Source: Actinomycetota bacterium (lineage in GTDB: Bacteria; Actinomycetota; CADDZG01; WHSQ01). From it: a DNA stretch of 64,000 bases. The notes under the pieces are model-generated. The model had not been told where the DNA came from, made no database searches, and was given only the letters and a program-made list of their open reading frames with translations. How positions within the stretch are numbered: the stretch's first letter is position 1; each line of letters opens with the position of its first letter. The DNA is taken from positions 20,357 to 84,356 of the forward strand of contig WHTI01000001.1 of NCBI GenBank assembly GCA_009377815.1, written 5' to 3'. Made by a program: the position numbers and the translations under genes. This document shows, piece by piece, positions 48,134 through 57,906 of this stretch.

Positions 48134-49092
48134 TGTCACAGCCACTCGTATCGATAGTCACCCCCGTGCTGAACCGCGCCTCGGTGATCGGTGCGTGCCT
48201 CGGATCGGTCGCGGCGCAGGACTACCCGAACATCGAGCACATCGTTGTGGACGGCGGCTCAACCGATGGAACCCTCGAAGTCATCGAGTCGTTCGCCCGC
48301 CCCGGATTCCGGTACGTGAGCGAGCCTGACGGCGGGATGTACGAGGCGATCAACAAGGGCCTAGCGATGGCGAAGGGAGAGATCCTCTGCTACCTGAACA
48401 GTGACGACCTCTACCTCCCCTACAGCGTGACCGCGGCGGTCGAGGGCCTCGCCGGTGCCGATCTCGTCTATGGGGATCTCGGCGTGATCGACACGGGGGC
48501 CGGTCGCGCGACCTTCTATCCGCAGTTCTACCGGCGCTTCGATCTGAACCACTACACCCACCTCGCGACCCTGGCGCAGCCGACGGTCTTCTGGCGACGG
48601 TCGGTGAGCGAGAGGATCGGCCCATTCGATGCCGGCTACCGGCTCCTCGGTGACTGCGACTACTGGATCAGGGCGGGCGCGGACGGAGCCCGGATCAGGC
48701 ACCTCGACGAGATCCTCGCGATCGAGGTCGAGCATCCCGGCACGCTGCGGCAGGTACACCCTCTGAAGCTCGACGAGGAGTTCGCGCGCCTCCGGATGCA
48801 GCACACACCCATCGTTGGAGCGCCGAAGGGCGCGCTCCGACACGCCTTGGTGCGTAGGGCGCGCTGGCGGCTCTACCAGTGGAGGTTCATCCTCTCGGCG
48901 GCCGCCTCCGAGCCGCGCCGGTGGTCTCGGTTCATGTCGCTGCTCCGAGAGGGCGAAGTCCCGGTGCGGCGTGGCGGACTGCTCTGGTTCCTGCTTCCCC
49001 AGATCCTTCGACCGGCCGACGCCTCGTTGCTCGATGCCGGTGCTCTGCGGCGAACGCTTGACGACCGGATGAGCTATGACCCGGCCGCGTAG
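48133..49092 (+). CDS. glycosyltransferase family 2
   Basis: 'VSIVTPVLNRASVIGACLGSVAAQDYPNIEHIVVDGGSTDGT' and 'LNSDD'. TGATG overlap with wzt. Confidence 0.85.
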   Translation: MSQPLVSIVTPVLNRASVIGACLGSVAAQDYPNIEHIVVDGGSTDGTLEVIESFARPGFRYVSEPDGGMYEAINKGLAMAKGEILCYLNSDDLYLPYSVTAAVEGLAGADLVYGDLGVIDTGAGRATFYPQFYRRFDLNHYTHLATLAQPTVFWRRSVSERIGPFDAGYRLLGDCDYWIRAGADGARIRHLDEILAIEVEHPGTLRQVHPLKLDEEFARLRMQHTPIVGAPKGALRHALVRRARWRLYQWRFILSAAASEPRRWSRFMSLLREGEVPVRRGGLLWFLLPQILRPADASLLDAGALRRTLDDRMSYDPAA

Positions 49093-50446
49093 CGAGGTCG
49101 CACTTCCTAGTGCAATCGGGATGCTCCCATTCCTGCTGCCCCTCTACGCCGCGGCCGTCGTGGCCCTGAAGCTCACCGGCGCCGTCTCGGAATCGCAGGC
49201 GGCGATGGCGTTGGTCGCTCCGGTCGCTCCTGTCTTGATCGTGTGGCGTCCGGGGTGGTTCTTGTGCCTCTTGCTTGCGGTGCCGCCCGGCCTCGTCGCC
49301 CTCACCCCGCTGGGACGGCCGGATCTGCTGATGGTCGTGCTGGCCGGTCTCCTCGTCTTCCGGCTCCTCATGGGAGGGCGCGTGCGGATCCCAGGGGTGC
49401 TGCTTCCGTTCCTCCTCCTGCTCGGGGTCGCGGCCTTCATGTCCGGGGCTCAGGGTGGTGTCGCCACGTCGATCGCGTCTCGGGTCCTGGAGTTGTTCCT
49501 CTACTACGGACTTCTCTCGATCGCGGCTCATTCCTTGGTCGGTGATGAGGAACTCGCACCGCGAACGATCGTCACCGCGCTCGCGCTCGGCGCCCTCGGA
49601 ACCGTGATCGTGCTCGGGTTCCAGACGGGTGCCTCGCCCTCGGGATTCGTGCTGAACGGAGGCGACGCGCCTCCTCGTCCCGGACTGCTCGGTTACCGCA
49701 CCCACTTCGGTTATCTGATGGCGATCGGGCTGGCGGTAGCGTTGCCCAGAGCCCTGGAGCGACCGCGAGGAGCGTTGAGATGGCGTGTCGCGGTCGGACT
49801 CTTCGCCCTGTTCGCCCTCCTCTCGTTCACCCGCGGCGCGTGGGTGGCCGCCATCCTCATGGCTGTCCCGATGCTGTGGTCGACCCGCCGGCGCGGAGCG
49901 CTGGTCGTGGCCCTCTGCGCGGTCGCGATACTGGTCACCATCCCGCGCGTGTCGGAACGGGTCACCGGTGGGGCCCGGGGCGATCTCGCGACCGCGGTCA
50001 TGAGCAGTGAGTTCACCTCCGGTCGCACGCGGTTGTGGAGCGCGATGGCGAGCGAGGCATCCGACGGGTTTCCGTGGGGCAACGGGTTCGGACACGTGTG
50101 GTCGCTCTCGGCGGAACGCCTCTTCGGTAGCTCGGCGAGCTTCGGAGACGGAACCGTCGTTTACCCCCACAATGACTTCCTCTTCTGGGCGGTGGATCTC
50201 GGATTCCCGGGGATCCTTCTCTTCGGTCTGCTCTGGATCGGAGTAGCGCTAGCCCTTGCCCAGGCGCGTGGCTCGCTGCCGCGCCCTGAGTGGTTCGCTT
50301 TTCTGGGGATCGCCATAACGATGCTGATCGCGTCCCTCGTCGACAATGGGATCTTCATCCGGTCACTCGGCGAGCCGTTCTTCGTGACACTCGGTGTCCT
50401 CGCCGCCTTCACCGGTGGACGGGAGGTGACGCGGCGATGGACGTGA
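49076..50446 (+). CDS. O-antigen ligase / Wzy_C-domain polymerase-like membrane protein
   Basis: Multi-TM. 'LLSFTRGAWVAAILMAV' and 'PHNDFLFWAVDLGFPGILLF' resemble the Wzy_C/O-antigen-ligase loop and helix. Confidence 0.75.
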   Translation: MTRPRSEVALPSAIGMLPFLLPLYAAAVVALKLTGAVSESQAAMALVAPVAPVLIVWRPGWFLCLLLAVPPGLVALTPLGRPDLLMVVLAGLLVFRLLMGGRVRIPGVLLPFLLLLGVAAFMSGAQGGVATSIASRVLELFLYYGLLSIAAHSLVGDEELAPRTIVTALALGALGTVIVLGFQTGASPSGFVLNGGDAPPRPGLLGYRTHFGYLMAIGLAVALPRALERPRGALRWRVAVGLFALFALLSFTRGAWVAAILMAVPMLWSTRRRGALVVALCAVAILVTIPRVSERVTGGARGDLATAVMSSEFTSGRTRLWSAMASEASDGFPWGNGFGHVWSLSAERLFGSSASFGDGTVVYPHNDFLFWAVDLGFPGILLFGLLWIGVALALAQARGSLPRPEWFAFLGIAITMLIASLVDNGIFIRSLGEPFFVTLGVLAAFTGGREVTRRWT

Positions 50447-51261
50447 GCGTTCTGACCCCGTCGTTCGGCTACGCCCGGTTCATCAGTGATGCGATCAGAA
50501 GCGTGGTGCTCCAAGAGAGTCTGAAAGTGGAGCACGTGATCCAGGATGGAGCGTCCACCGATGGGACCACCGACGTTTTGGACCGGTACGGATCGCTCGG
50601 CTGGGTGAGTGAGCCCGACACCGGCCAGTCGCAAGCTTTGAACCGGGCCCTCGCGCGGGCCGGTGGTCGGTGGATCGCCTGGCTCAACGCCGACGAGTTC
50701 TATCTTCCCGGCGCCCTGGCGCGACTGGTCGAGGAGGGAGATCGCTCGGGAGCGGACCTCGTCTATGGGGATGCGGTGTTCTGCGACGAGCACGGCCGGT
50801 TCCTCCGAGGGCTGCCGCAACATCGGTTCTCGCCCTTCGTCCTGCAGCACTATGGGCCCTATATCTCTTCGTGCGCCATGATCGTCCGGCGTGAGGCTCT
50901 CGAGGATCGTCCCTTCGACGAGTCGCTCCGGGTCGTGATGGATCATGACCTCTACCTGTCGTTGGCGGCGAACGGGGGCCGGATCCGGTACGTCGCCGGC
51001 GGGGTCGGGGTGTTCCGGGTCCACGATGAGAGGGTCACCTCGGGACCCGAAGACGACTACCGGGACGAACGCGAGAAGCTCGCGGCGCGCTACGGGTTCT
51101 CTACCGGATCACTCAGCCGGTTCGCGGGGCGAGGTCTGCACCGGTTGCTGAAGCTGACCTCCGGCGCCTACTTCCGGCAGATGTCGTCGCGCCGACGGCG
51201 CGGCGCAGACCTCAGATGGTTCGAAGAAGCGGCGCATCCCCGCGCCGACGTGACGCCGTAA
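50437..51261 (+). CDS. glycosyltransferase family 2
   Basis: 'VSVLTPSFGYARFISDAIRSVVLQESLKVEHVIQDGASTDGT' and 'LNADE'. 10-nt overlap with the upstream gene. Confidence 0.8.
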   Translation: MDVSVLTPSFGYARFISDAIRSVVLQESLKVEHVIQDGASTDGTTDVLDRYGSLGWVSEPDTGQSQALNRALARAGGRWIAWLNADEFYLPGALARLVEEGDRSGADLVYGDAVFCDEHGRFLRGLPQHRFSPFVLQHYGPYISSCAMIVRREALEDRPFDESLRVVMDHDLYLSLAANGGRIRYVAGGVGVFRVHDERVTSGPEDDYRDEREKLAARYGFSTGSLSRFAGRGLHRLLKLTSGAYFRQMSSRRRRGADLRWFEEAAHPRADVTP

Positions 51262-52396
51262 GGGCCCCGTAAAGAGCTTCCAGTTCCCGCCGGTGGGCCG
51301 AAGCGCCATAGGTGTCGGTTACCGCTCGAAGGCCGGCGGTCCCCAGTTCCTCGCAACGGGACGTGTCGTTCTGCAGATGACGGATCGCAACCGCGAGCAA
51401 GGTCGCGTCTCCGGTGGGGAACGCAAGGCCCGCTCCGGTGGCGACGAGCTCGCGCAGACCTCCGTTCGATGCCGCGATGAGGGGGCGGCCCAGTGCCATC
51501 GCCTCGAGCGCGGACAGCGGTGCGTTCTCGTCCCACAACGACGGCACGACCACGTAGCGAGCGTCCTCCACCAGGGACCGGGCATCCTGCTCCGGCACCA
51601 TCCCTGCGAAGCGCACCCCCCGCAGGCCGAGGCGAGCGGCGCGATCGACCAGCGCGCCGTGTTCGGGCCCGGTTCCCGCGATCACGAACGGGGGATCGTC
51701 CGCCCCCCGGAGAGCGTCGATCAGTACGTCCACACCCTTCTCGGGGACCAACCGGCCGAGGTAGAGGCCGTAGCTTCCCGCGGCACTCGTCGCCCTGGGC
51801 TCCTCGTTGATGAAGTTGGGGATCGTTGCGATCCGGCCGGCTCCGATCCCCCATGACAGAAGTCGTTCCCGCATGAATCTGCTCGGAGCGATGAACGCGT
51901 CGACGTGTCGTTCGAGGCGCAGTCCGACCCGATGCATCCACAGGGCACCGGCGTAGCCGGCGGCCTGGGTTCGGGTTGGGAAGCATCCGTGCATCAACGA
52001 GTGTGCGTAGTTCCCACCTAGACAGCGCGTGCAGTTCTTACCTTCGGTGAACATGAGGCCGTTCGGGCACCGCAACCTGAAGTTGTGGATCGTCTGGATC
52101 AGCGGGGTCTTCGTTCGCCGGCACGCGAGATGAACCGCAGGACCGAACGCGGGATACGGGTTGTGGAGGTGGACGATGTCGGGGCCGAACGACGAGATCG
52201 CGTCCACAACCTCGCCGACGGCGGCTCGGGAGTAAGCCATCGCCGCCGCGGTCCGGGCCTTCTGAGGGAGGTGGGTGTTGCTCCGTTCGAGGAGCTGGAC
52301 GTCGTGCTGCTTGCCCAGCAGCTCCATCTGGCGCTCGACGTACCGGTTCTCACCACCGGGAAGGCGGTGGAACGCGTGTGCGATCAGGATCCGCAT
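51212..52396 (-). CDS. glycosyltransferase family 4 (GT-B)
   Basis: 'MRILIAHAFHRLPGGENRYV' and 'VPSLWDENAPLSALEAMALGRPLIAS' (E-x7-E). Confidence 0.8.
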   Translation of the reverse strand: MRILIAHAFHRLPGGENRYVERQMELLGKQHDVQLLERSNTHLPQKARTAAAMAYSRAAVGEVVDAISSFGPDIVHLHNPYPAFGPAVHLACRRTKTPLIQTIHNFRLRCPNGLMFTEGKNCTRCLGGNYAHSLMHGCFPTRTQAAGYAGALWMHRVGLRLERHVDAFIAPSRFMRERLLSWGIGAGRIATIPNFINEEPRATSAAGSYGLYLGRLVPEKGVDVLIDALRGADDPPFVIAGTGPEHGALVDRAARLGLRGVRFAGMVPEQDARSLVEDARYVVVPSLWDENAPLSALEAMALGRPLIAASNGGLRELVATGAGLAFPTGDATLLAVAIRHLQNDTSRCEELGTAGLRAVTDTYGASAHRRELEALYGALTASRRRGDAPLLRTI

Positions 52397-52399
52397 TGA

Positions 52400-54205
52400 C
52401 TAGCGGGCGCCGGCGCGACCGCGGAGGAGCCTCAGCTTGTCCCCGGAAGCAACTCCGTTGCCCCCGTTGAGTGACGGCTGGTAGCCGTAGCCGGGCTGCT
52501 TGTAGGGGTGATAGCCGGTCCCCGGGCGCGCGATCCCATTGACCACGATGCCGGTGACGTCACAGCCAACCTGAGCGAGTTCCCGGACCGCGTTCTGTTC
52601 GGTGTCGCGATCAGCGCGACGGGAGTCCATCACGAGCAGGGCCTGCGGGATGCGGGAGGCGAGAACGGTTGCGTCGGCGACCGGAAGGATCGGCGCGGAG
52701 TCAACGATGACGAAGTCGAAGTTCTCTTCCAGAGCGCCGATCAGCTTGGTCATCCGAACGGAAGACAGGAGTTCCGCCGGGTTGGCCACCAGCGGCCCCG
52801 ATGGGATGACCAAGAGGTTGGCGACCGACGGACCCCACGTGAGGTTCTCGATGCTCAGTGCTCCCGAGTTTGTCAGCCATTGAGACAGACCCTGCCCCTC
52901 GGCCGGGATGTTGAAGAAGGATTCGATCGCAGGGCGCCTCAGGTCGGCCGAGAGGAGAACCGTTCGGGCTCCGATCTGTGCGAGGCCGACCGCGAGGTTG
53001 ACTGCGGTGGTGGTCTTCCCCTCACCGGCGCCTGCGCTGCTGATGAGAAGCGACTTGAACCCGGATCGATGCGCAAGGGCTTCGACGTTGATCCGCAGAC
53101 TCCGGTAAGACTCACTGGCTGCTCCGTACGGATCGGCGATCAGTGGGATAGCGGAGGCACGGTCCTTGCGTGCGACCTTGAAATGGGGGATCGCTGCCAA
53201 GACCGGAGCGCCTATGGCCGTCTCGAAGTCGCCTCGACTCCGGAGCCGGTCGTCGAGCCGGTGCCTCAGGAATGCCGCCCCGATCCCCGTGATCAGACCG
53301 ATGAGCAGTCCGAAGATCGCATCGTTCCGGTGGTTCGGGGATGAGGGGTGGAGCGATTCGCCGGCGGGCTGAATGATCCGGCCGCCTCCGAGGGCGATCG
53401 CACGATCGGGCTGAAGGTCTTCGAGTTCCTGCTGGAGGATCCCGAGGCGGGCGAGAAGCGAGGCACGCTCACCCTGAAACACCGACCGTTCGTCTTCGTC
53501 CCCGCGCTTGCTCGCGTCATCGATCTCCGCGTTCACGGTGGTCAGCTGACGCTCGACGTTGTCGATCCGATCGCGGATAGACTCTTGCGCGCCGAGGATC
53601 CGCTCGAGCACCTGCTCCTGTTGGTACGTGATGTAAGCCTGCGCGAATCCGTTCGCGAGTCGCGCGGCGCGTTCCGGAGACGATGCCGAGTACCCGACCT
53701 CGATGACCTCACTGTCGGGCACCGGTTGCACGGACAAGCCGGCAAGCAGCGAAGCGGGAGGCTCGTCCAGTCCGAGTTCGCTCGCCACGAGCGATGCAAC
53801 GGAGGTCGAGCGGATCAACTCACTTTCGGTTTGCAGGTTCGGCTCGGCCGGGGCGGAGTCGGGAGTCAACTGCAGCGGCTCGACCAGCACCCTGGCGCGC
53901 GATGAGTAGATCTCGGACCGCGAGTAAGAGATGCCGAGTGCGACCCCGGTGCAGAGGATGGCCGCGAACAACACGAGCCATTTCCGAGACCACAGGATGG
54001 CGAGTGACTCACGCAGGTCTACCGGTTGCTGAGACGTGGTGTCCCTCCAGGCGAGCGGGCTTTCTATCTTTCGATACAAGTTCGCTGTACCGGCCCGAAC
54101 TCCTCCACAGAGGCTCCCAAGTAAAGTAAGCAGATGAAGGTTGGAGTGGTCGGAATCGGACATGTGGGACTTCCCACCGCGTCCGTACTCGCACATATCG
54201 GACAC
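52400..54205 (-). CDS. polysaccharide co-polymerase / BY-kinase fusion (Wzz domain + CpsD/CapB-type tyrosine autokinase)
   Basis: Wzz-like 'LRESLAILWSRKWLVLFAAIL'. Walker A 'SAGAGEGKTTTAVNLA', A' 'VLLSADLRRP', Walker B 'FVIVDSAPILP'. Tyr-rich tail 'YHPYKQPGYGYQ'. The real start is probably internal (e.g. TTG 54079), because 54134-54205 overlaps the divergent ugd. Confidence 0.85.
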   Translation of the reverse strand: MSDMCEYGRGGKSHMSDSDHSNLHLLTLLGSLCGGVRAGTANLYRKIESPLAWRDTTSQQPVDLRESLAILWSRKWLVLFAAILCTGVALGISYSRSEIYSSRARVLVEPLQLTPDSAPAEPNLQTESELIRSTSVASLVASELGLDEPPASLLAGLSVQPVPDSEVIEVGYSASSPERAARLANGFAQAYITYQQEQVLERILGAQESIRDRIDNVERQLTTVNAEIDDASKRGDEDERSVFQGERASLLARLGILQQELEDLQPDRAIALGGGRIIQPAGESLHPSSPNHRNDAIFGLLIGLITGIGAAFLRHRLDDRLRSRGDFETAIGAPVLAAIPHFKVARKDRASAIPLIADPYGAASESYRSLRINVEALAHRSGFKSLLISSAGAGEGKTTTAVNLAVGLAQIGARTVLLSADLRRPAIESFFNIPAEGQGLSQWLTNSGALSIENLTWGPSVANLLVIPSGPLVANPAELLSSVRMTKLIGALEENFDFVIVDSAPILPVADATVLASRIPQALLVMDSRRADRDTEQNAVRELAQVGCDVTGIVVNGIARPGTGYHPYKQPGYGYQPSLNGGNGVASGDKLRLLRGRAGAR

Positions 54206-55459
54206 GAGGTCACTGCGATCGATTCCGATCGGCAGAAACTCGAGGCTCTGCGGGCCGGCGATCTGCCCTACTTCGAGCCGGGGCTCGCCGAACTCGTCGA
54301 CGAGGGGCGGGCCAACGGCCGGCTGAAGTTCGTCACCGACTTCGAGGATCTCGTGGCCGGAGCCGAGGTGGTCTTCGTGTGTGTCGGAACGCCCCCTCGG
54401 TCCTCCGGGGGAGCCAATCTCCTCGCAGTAGAGAAGGCCGCGCGGGCGGTTGCCGAGGTCGCCGACGGACGCGTCGTGGTGGCCGAGAAGAGCACGGTTC
54501 CTGCGGGGACCGCCGAACGGGTCGCCCGGACGCTCGATCGCTACCGGCGATCGGCGGAGTTCCTCGTCGTTTCGAATCCCGAGTTCCTCAGGGAAGGCAG
54601 CGCGGTCAACGACTCTCTCACTCCCGACCGGATCCTGGTGGGGGCCGAGTCGCCGGAAGCGCTCGAGGTCATGAAGCGCCTCTACTCACCTCTGATCGAG
54701 AAGGGTGCCCGGTGGATCGCAACCGATCTCCGCACTGCCGAGTTAGCCAAGCACGCGTGCAATGCGTTCTTGGCCCTGAAGGTCTCCTACATCAACGCTC
54801 TGGCTCGCATCTGCGAGCTGTCGTCGGCGGATGTGACCGACGTTGCGGAGATCATGGGATCGGATCCACGCATCGGCCCGGCGTTCCTCGATGCAGGCAT
54901 CGGTTACGGCGGCTATTGCTTCCCGAAGGACCTGGCGGCGTTCGACCGGCTCGCCCGGCAACTCGGCTACGAGTTCCCACTGCTCGGCGAGATAGCGCGC
55001 ATCAACGATGAGGCCCTACAAGCTGCGTTCGACAAGATCGAGACCGCGCTCTGGAATCTCGAGGAGAAGCGCGTTGCGTTACTCGGCCTGTCGTTCAAGC
55101 CCGGGACCAGTGACACGAGGTTGTCGCCGTCGCTGGAACTCGCACGCAAGTTGATCGCGGCCGGTGCCACCGTGTGCGGATACGACCCGGCGGCAGGGTC
55201 CGTGGCAGCGAGCGAGGTTGACGGGATCGAAGTGGTGGACGACCTTTACGAGGTGTTCAAGGGGGCCGACTGCGCGGTGATCTGCACCGCGTGGGACGAG
55301 TTCAAGACCATCGATCTCGCCCGGGCACGGCAAGCGATGGCAATCCCGATCCTGGTCGATGGACGCAACCTCCTCGATGGCGGCGCGGTTGCCGCCCAAG
55401 GGTTCACCTACATCCCCACCGGCCGGAGCGGTCTCGAGCCCGACCCCACAGCTCGATGA
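54134..55459 (+). CDS. ugd: UDP-glucose 6-dehydrogenase family protein
   Basis: '[16 protein letters not shown]' Rossmann fold, catalytic '[10 protein letters not shown]', '[13 protein letters not shown]'. Confidence 0.9.
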   Translation: MKVGVVGIGHVGLPTASVLAHIGHEVTAIDSDRQKLEALRAGDLPYFEPGLAELVDEGRANGRLKFVTDFEDLVAGAEVVFVCVGTPPRSSGGANLLAVEKAARAVAEVADGRVVVAEKSTVPAGTAERVARTLDRYRRSAEFLVVSNPEFLREGSAVNDSLTPDRILVGAESPEALEVMKRLYSPLIEKGARWIATDLRTAELAKHACNAFLALKVSYINALARICELSSADVTDVAEIMGSDPRIGPAFLDAGIGYGGYCFPKDLAAFDRLARQLGYEFPLLGEIARINDEALQAAFDKIETALWNLEEKRVALLGLSFKPGTSDTRLSPSLELARKLIAAGATVCGYDPAAGSVAASEVDGIEVVDDLYEVFKGADCAVICTAWDEFKTIDLARARQAMAIPILVDGRNLLDGGAVAAQGFTYIPTGRSGLEPDPTAR

Positions 55460-56385
55460 GGGCGGTCGTTACCGGCGGCAGCGGGTTCCTCGGCTCCCAT
55501 CTCTGTCGCAGGTTGCTCGCCGAAGGTCTCGAGGTCGCCTGTCTCGACTCCATGCTCACCGGGGTCCCCGCGAACGTCGCGGAGCTCGAGAAGGAGCCCG
55601 GTTTCTCCCTTCAGCGGGTGGACGTCACCGACGAGCTGCAGGTTGACGGATCCATGGATTGGATCTTCCACTTCGCGTCGCCCGCGTCGCCTCCCGACTA
55701 TCTCGAGTACCCCATCGAGACCCTCAAGGTGGGGGCGATCGGAACCTGGAGGGCTCTGGGCCTGGCCCGGGCCAAGGGCGCGGGACTTCTGCTGGCGTCG
55801 ACCTCGGAGGTCTACGGCGATCCGGAGATCCACCCGCAGCCCGAGAGCTACTGGGGGAATGTGAACCCGATCGGTCCCCGAGGTGTGTACGACGAGGCGA
55901 AGCGCTACGCGGAGGCGATGACCACCGCGTATCACCACAAGCACGGAGTCCCGATCCGGATCGTGAGGATCTTCAACACCTACGGCCCCCGGATGCGCCG
56001 CCGCGACGGACGAGCGGTCCCCAACTTCATCTCGCAGGCGATGGACGGGGACCCCCTCACCGTCCACGGCGACGGTTCGCAAACGCGGTCGCTCTGCTAC
56101 GTGGACGACCTCATGGAAGGGATCTGGAGATTGCTGAACTCCGATATCGCGACGCCGGTGAACATCGGGAATCCCGAAGAGGTCACCGTGCTCGCGCTGG
56201 CGGAGTCGATCAGGGACCTAACGGGCTCGGCTTCCGAGATCGTGTTCCAGCCCCGGCCTCAAGACGACCCCGAGGTCCGATGCCCGGACATCACTCTTGC
56301 CAGGACGCGACTGGGATGGGAGCCGAGGGTCCCGTTGTCCGAGGGCCTCGACCGCACGATCGACTGGGCGCGTACCGGCTGGTAG
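55456..56385 (+). CDS. UDP-glucuronate decarboxylase (UDP-xylose synthase) type SDR
   Basis: '[13 protein letters not shown]' and '[39 protein letters not shown]' match UXS-type enzymes closely. ATGA overlap with ugd. Confidence 0.85.
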   Translation: MRAVVTGGSGFLGSHLCRRLLAEGLEVACLDSMLTGVPANVAELEKEPGFSLQRVDVTDELQVDGSMDWIFHFASPASPPDYLEYPIETLKVGAIGTWRALGLARAKGAGLLLASTSEVYGDPEIHPQPESYWGNVNPIGPRGVYDEAKRYAEAMTTAYHHKHGVPIRIVRIFNTYGPRMRRRDGRAVPNFISQAMDGDPLTVHGDGSQTRSLCYVDDLMEGIWRLLNSDIATPVNIGNPEEVTVLALAESIRDLTGSASEIVFQPRPQDDPEVRCPDITLARTRLGWEPRVPLSEGLDRTIDWARTGW

Positions 56386-56388
56386 GTG

Positions 56389-57039
56389 CTACTCGGTCTT
56401 GTCGTACTCGCCGATGAACTCGTCGATCCGTTCGCTCATGAGGAGATCGGAGTTGTCGGCGATCCTCTTGTCGGGCCAATCCCACCAACGGATCCGCAAG
56501 AGCGCTTCGACCTGTTCGTCGGTGAAACGGCGCTTGATCTCGCGCGCCGGGTTCCCGACCATGACCGCGTAGGGCCTTACATCCTTGGCGATAACGGCCC
56601 CCGCCCCGATCACCGCGCCGTCGCCGATCGTGACGCCCGAAAGGATCTTGGCCGCGAACCCGACCCACACGTCGCTGCCGAGGACGATGTTTCCCTTGCT
56701 GAATGGGCCGTCGATGCCCCGCGGCCCGCGGTCGTAGATCATCCGCAGAGGTAGGTGGGCGATCCAGTCGGAGCGGTGCTCCGATCCGGGCATGAACTCA
56801 CTGTCGTTGGCGCAGCCGGAGAAGTTGCCGATGATGACTTTCGCCTTGACCCCGGCGTCCTTGTAGTAGTGAACGAACGGCCGGCCGATGAAATGGCGAC
56901 CGGTTTCGATGGCGCCGAGCTCGACGAGACGATCGAAGTCGAGATACGCGACCTCACGGCCGAGCATCCTCTGGTAGGCCCCAACGCCCGCCGTCCGAAG
57001 CCTCCGCTTCAACCGTTGCTTGATCCCCATGGGCGACAT
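56389..57039 (-). CDS. hexapeptide-repeat O-acetyltransferase (XAT/CatB-related), copy 2
   Basis: '[70 protein letters not shown]'. Confidence 0.85.
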   Translation of the reverse strand: MSPMGIKQRLKRRLRTAGVGAYQRMLGREVAYLDFDRLVELGAIETGRHFIGRPFVHYYKDAGVKAKVIIGNFSGCANDSEFMPGSEHRSDWIAHLPLRMIYDRGPRGIDGPFSKGNIVLGSDVWVGFAAKILSGVTIGDGAVIGAGAVIAKDVRPYAVMVGNPAREIKRRFTDEQVEALLRIRWWDWPDKRIADNSDLLMSERIDEFIGEYDKTE

Positions 57040-57098
57040 TCTTACCTGCTCCGGACTCCGAGGCCACAGGCGAGGTAGGGCTCGGCTACGCTCCGTCG

Positions 57099-57890
57099 AT
57101 GGAGAGAGCGAAGAGAACCGCTTTGATCACCGGCGCCTCTGGCGGTATCGGCGAGGCCCTGGCGCGCGAATGTGCGGGGGCCGGGATGAACGTCGTGCTC
57201 GTCGCTCGGAGCGAAGACAGGCTGAAGGCGCTCGGCGAGCAGCTGTCGGGCGAGCACGGCATCAGTGCGACACCCGTCGCTACCGATCTCAGCGATGCCG
57301 ACGCGCCGCCGGCGATCAAAAGGGCTCTCGAGGCCTCGGGAATCACCGTCGACGTGTTGATCAACAACGCGGGCTTCGCAACCTTCGGACCGTTCGTCGA
57401 GACGGATGCATCGGAAGAACTCGATGAGATTCAACTCAATGTGACCGCCCTCACGCATCTGACGAAGCTGTTCGCTCCAGGGATGGTCGAGCGCGGCTGG
57501 GGGAGGGTGATGAACGTTGCGTCGACCGCCGCGTTCCAGCCCGGTCCCCTGATGGCGGTCTATTACGCGACCAAGGCCTACGTCCTGTCGTTCTCGGAGG
57601 CGCTGAGTGAGGAGATGAGGGGCACCGGGGTGACCGTCACGGCGTTCTGTCCGGGTCCGACCGCATCTGGGTTCCAGGCGCGCGCTGCGATGGAGGACTC
57701 TAAGCTCGTCCTCGGCCGGAAGATGCCGGATGCGGCGACCGTGGCCGCGGACGGCTTCAAGGCGATGATGGCCGGGAAGCCGGTCTACATCCACGGCCTC
57801 CGGAACCGCCTCATCGCACAATCGATCAGGTTCTCACCGCGCGCACTCGTGCGGCCGATGGTCAAACGCCTGCAGGAGCGCGTCCACTAG
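57099..57890 (+). CDS. short-chain dehydrogenase/reductase (classical SDR)
   Basis: '[15 protein letters not shown]', 'NNAG' and 'YYATKAYV' (YxxxK). Confidence 0.85.
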   Translation: MERAKRTALITGASGGIGEALARECAGAGMNVVLVARSEDRLKALGEQLSGEHGISATPVATDLSDADAPPAIKRALEASGITVDVLINNAGFATFGPFVETDASEELDEIQLNVTALTHLTKLFAPGMVERGWGRVMNVASTAAFQPGPLMAVYYATKAYVLSFSEALSEEMRGTGVTVTAFCPGPTASGFQARAAMEDSKLVLGRKMPDAATVAADGFKAMMAGKPVYIHGLRNRLIAQSIRFSPRALVRPMVKRLQERVH

Positions 57891-57906
57891 TTGTGCACTA
57901 GTTGTG
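57885..57906. repeat. 11-bp tandem duplication CACTAGTTGTG x2 spanning both convergent stop codons
   Basis: Copy 1 (57885-57895) contains the SDR stop TAG at 57888-57890. Copy 2 (57896-57906) contains the propeller-gene stop CTA at 57898-57900. Confidence 0.85.
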
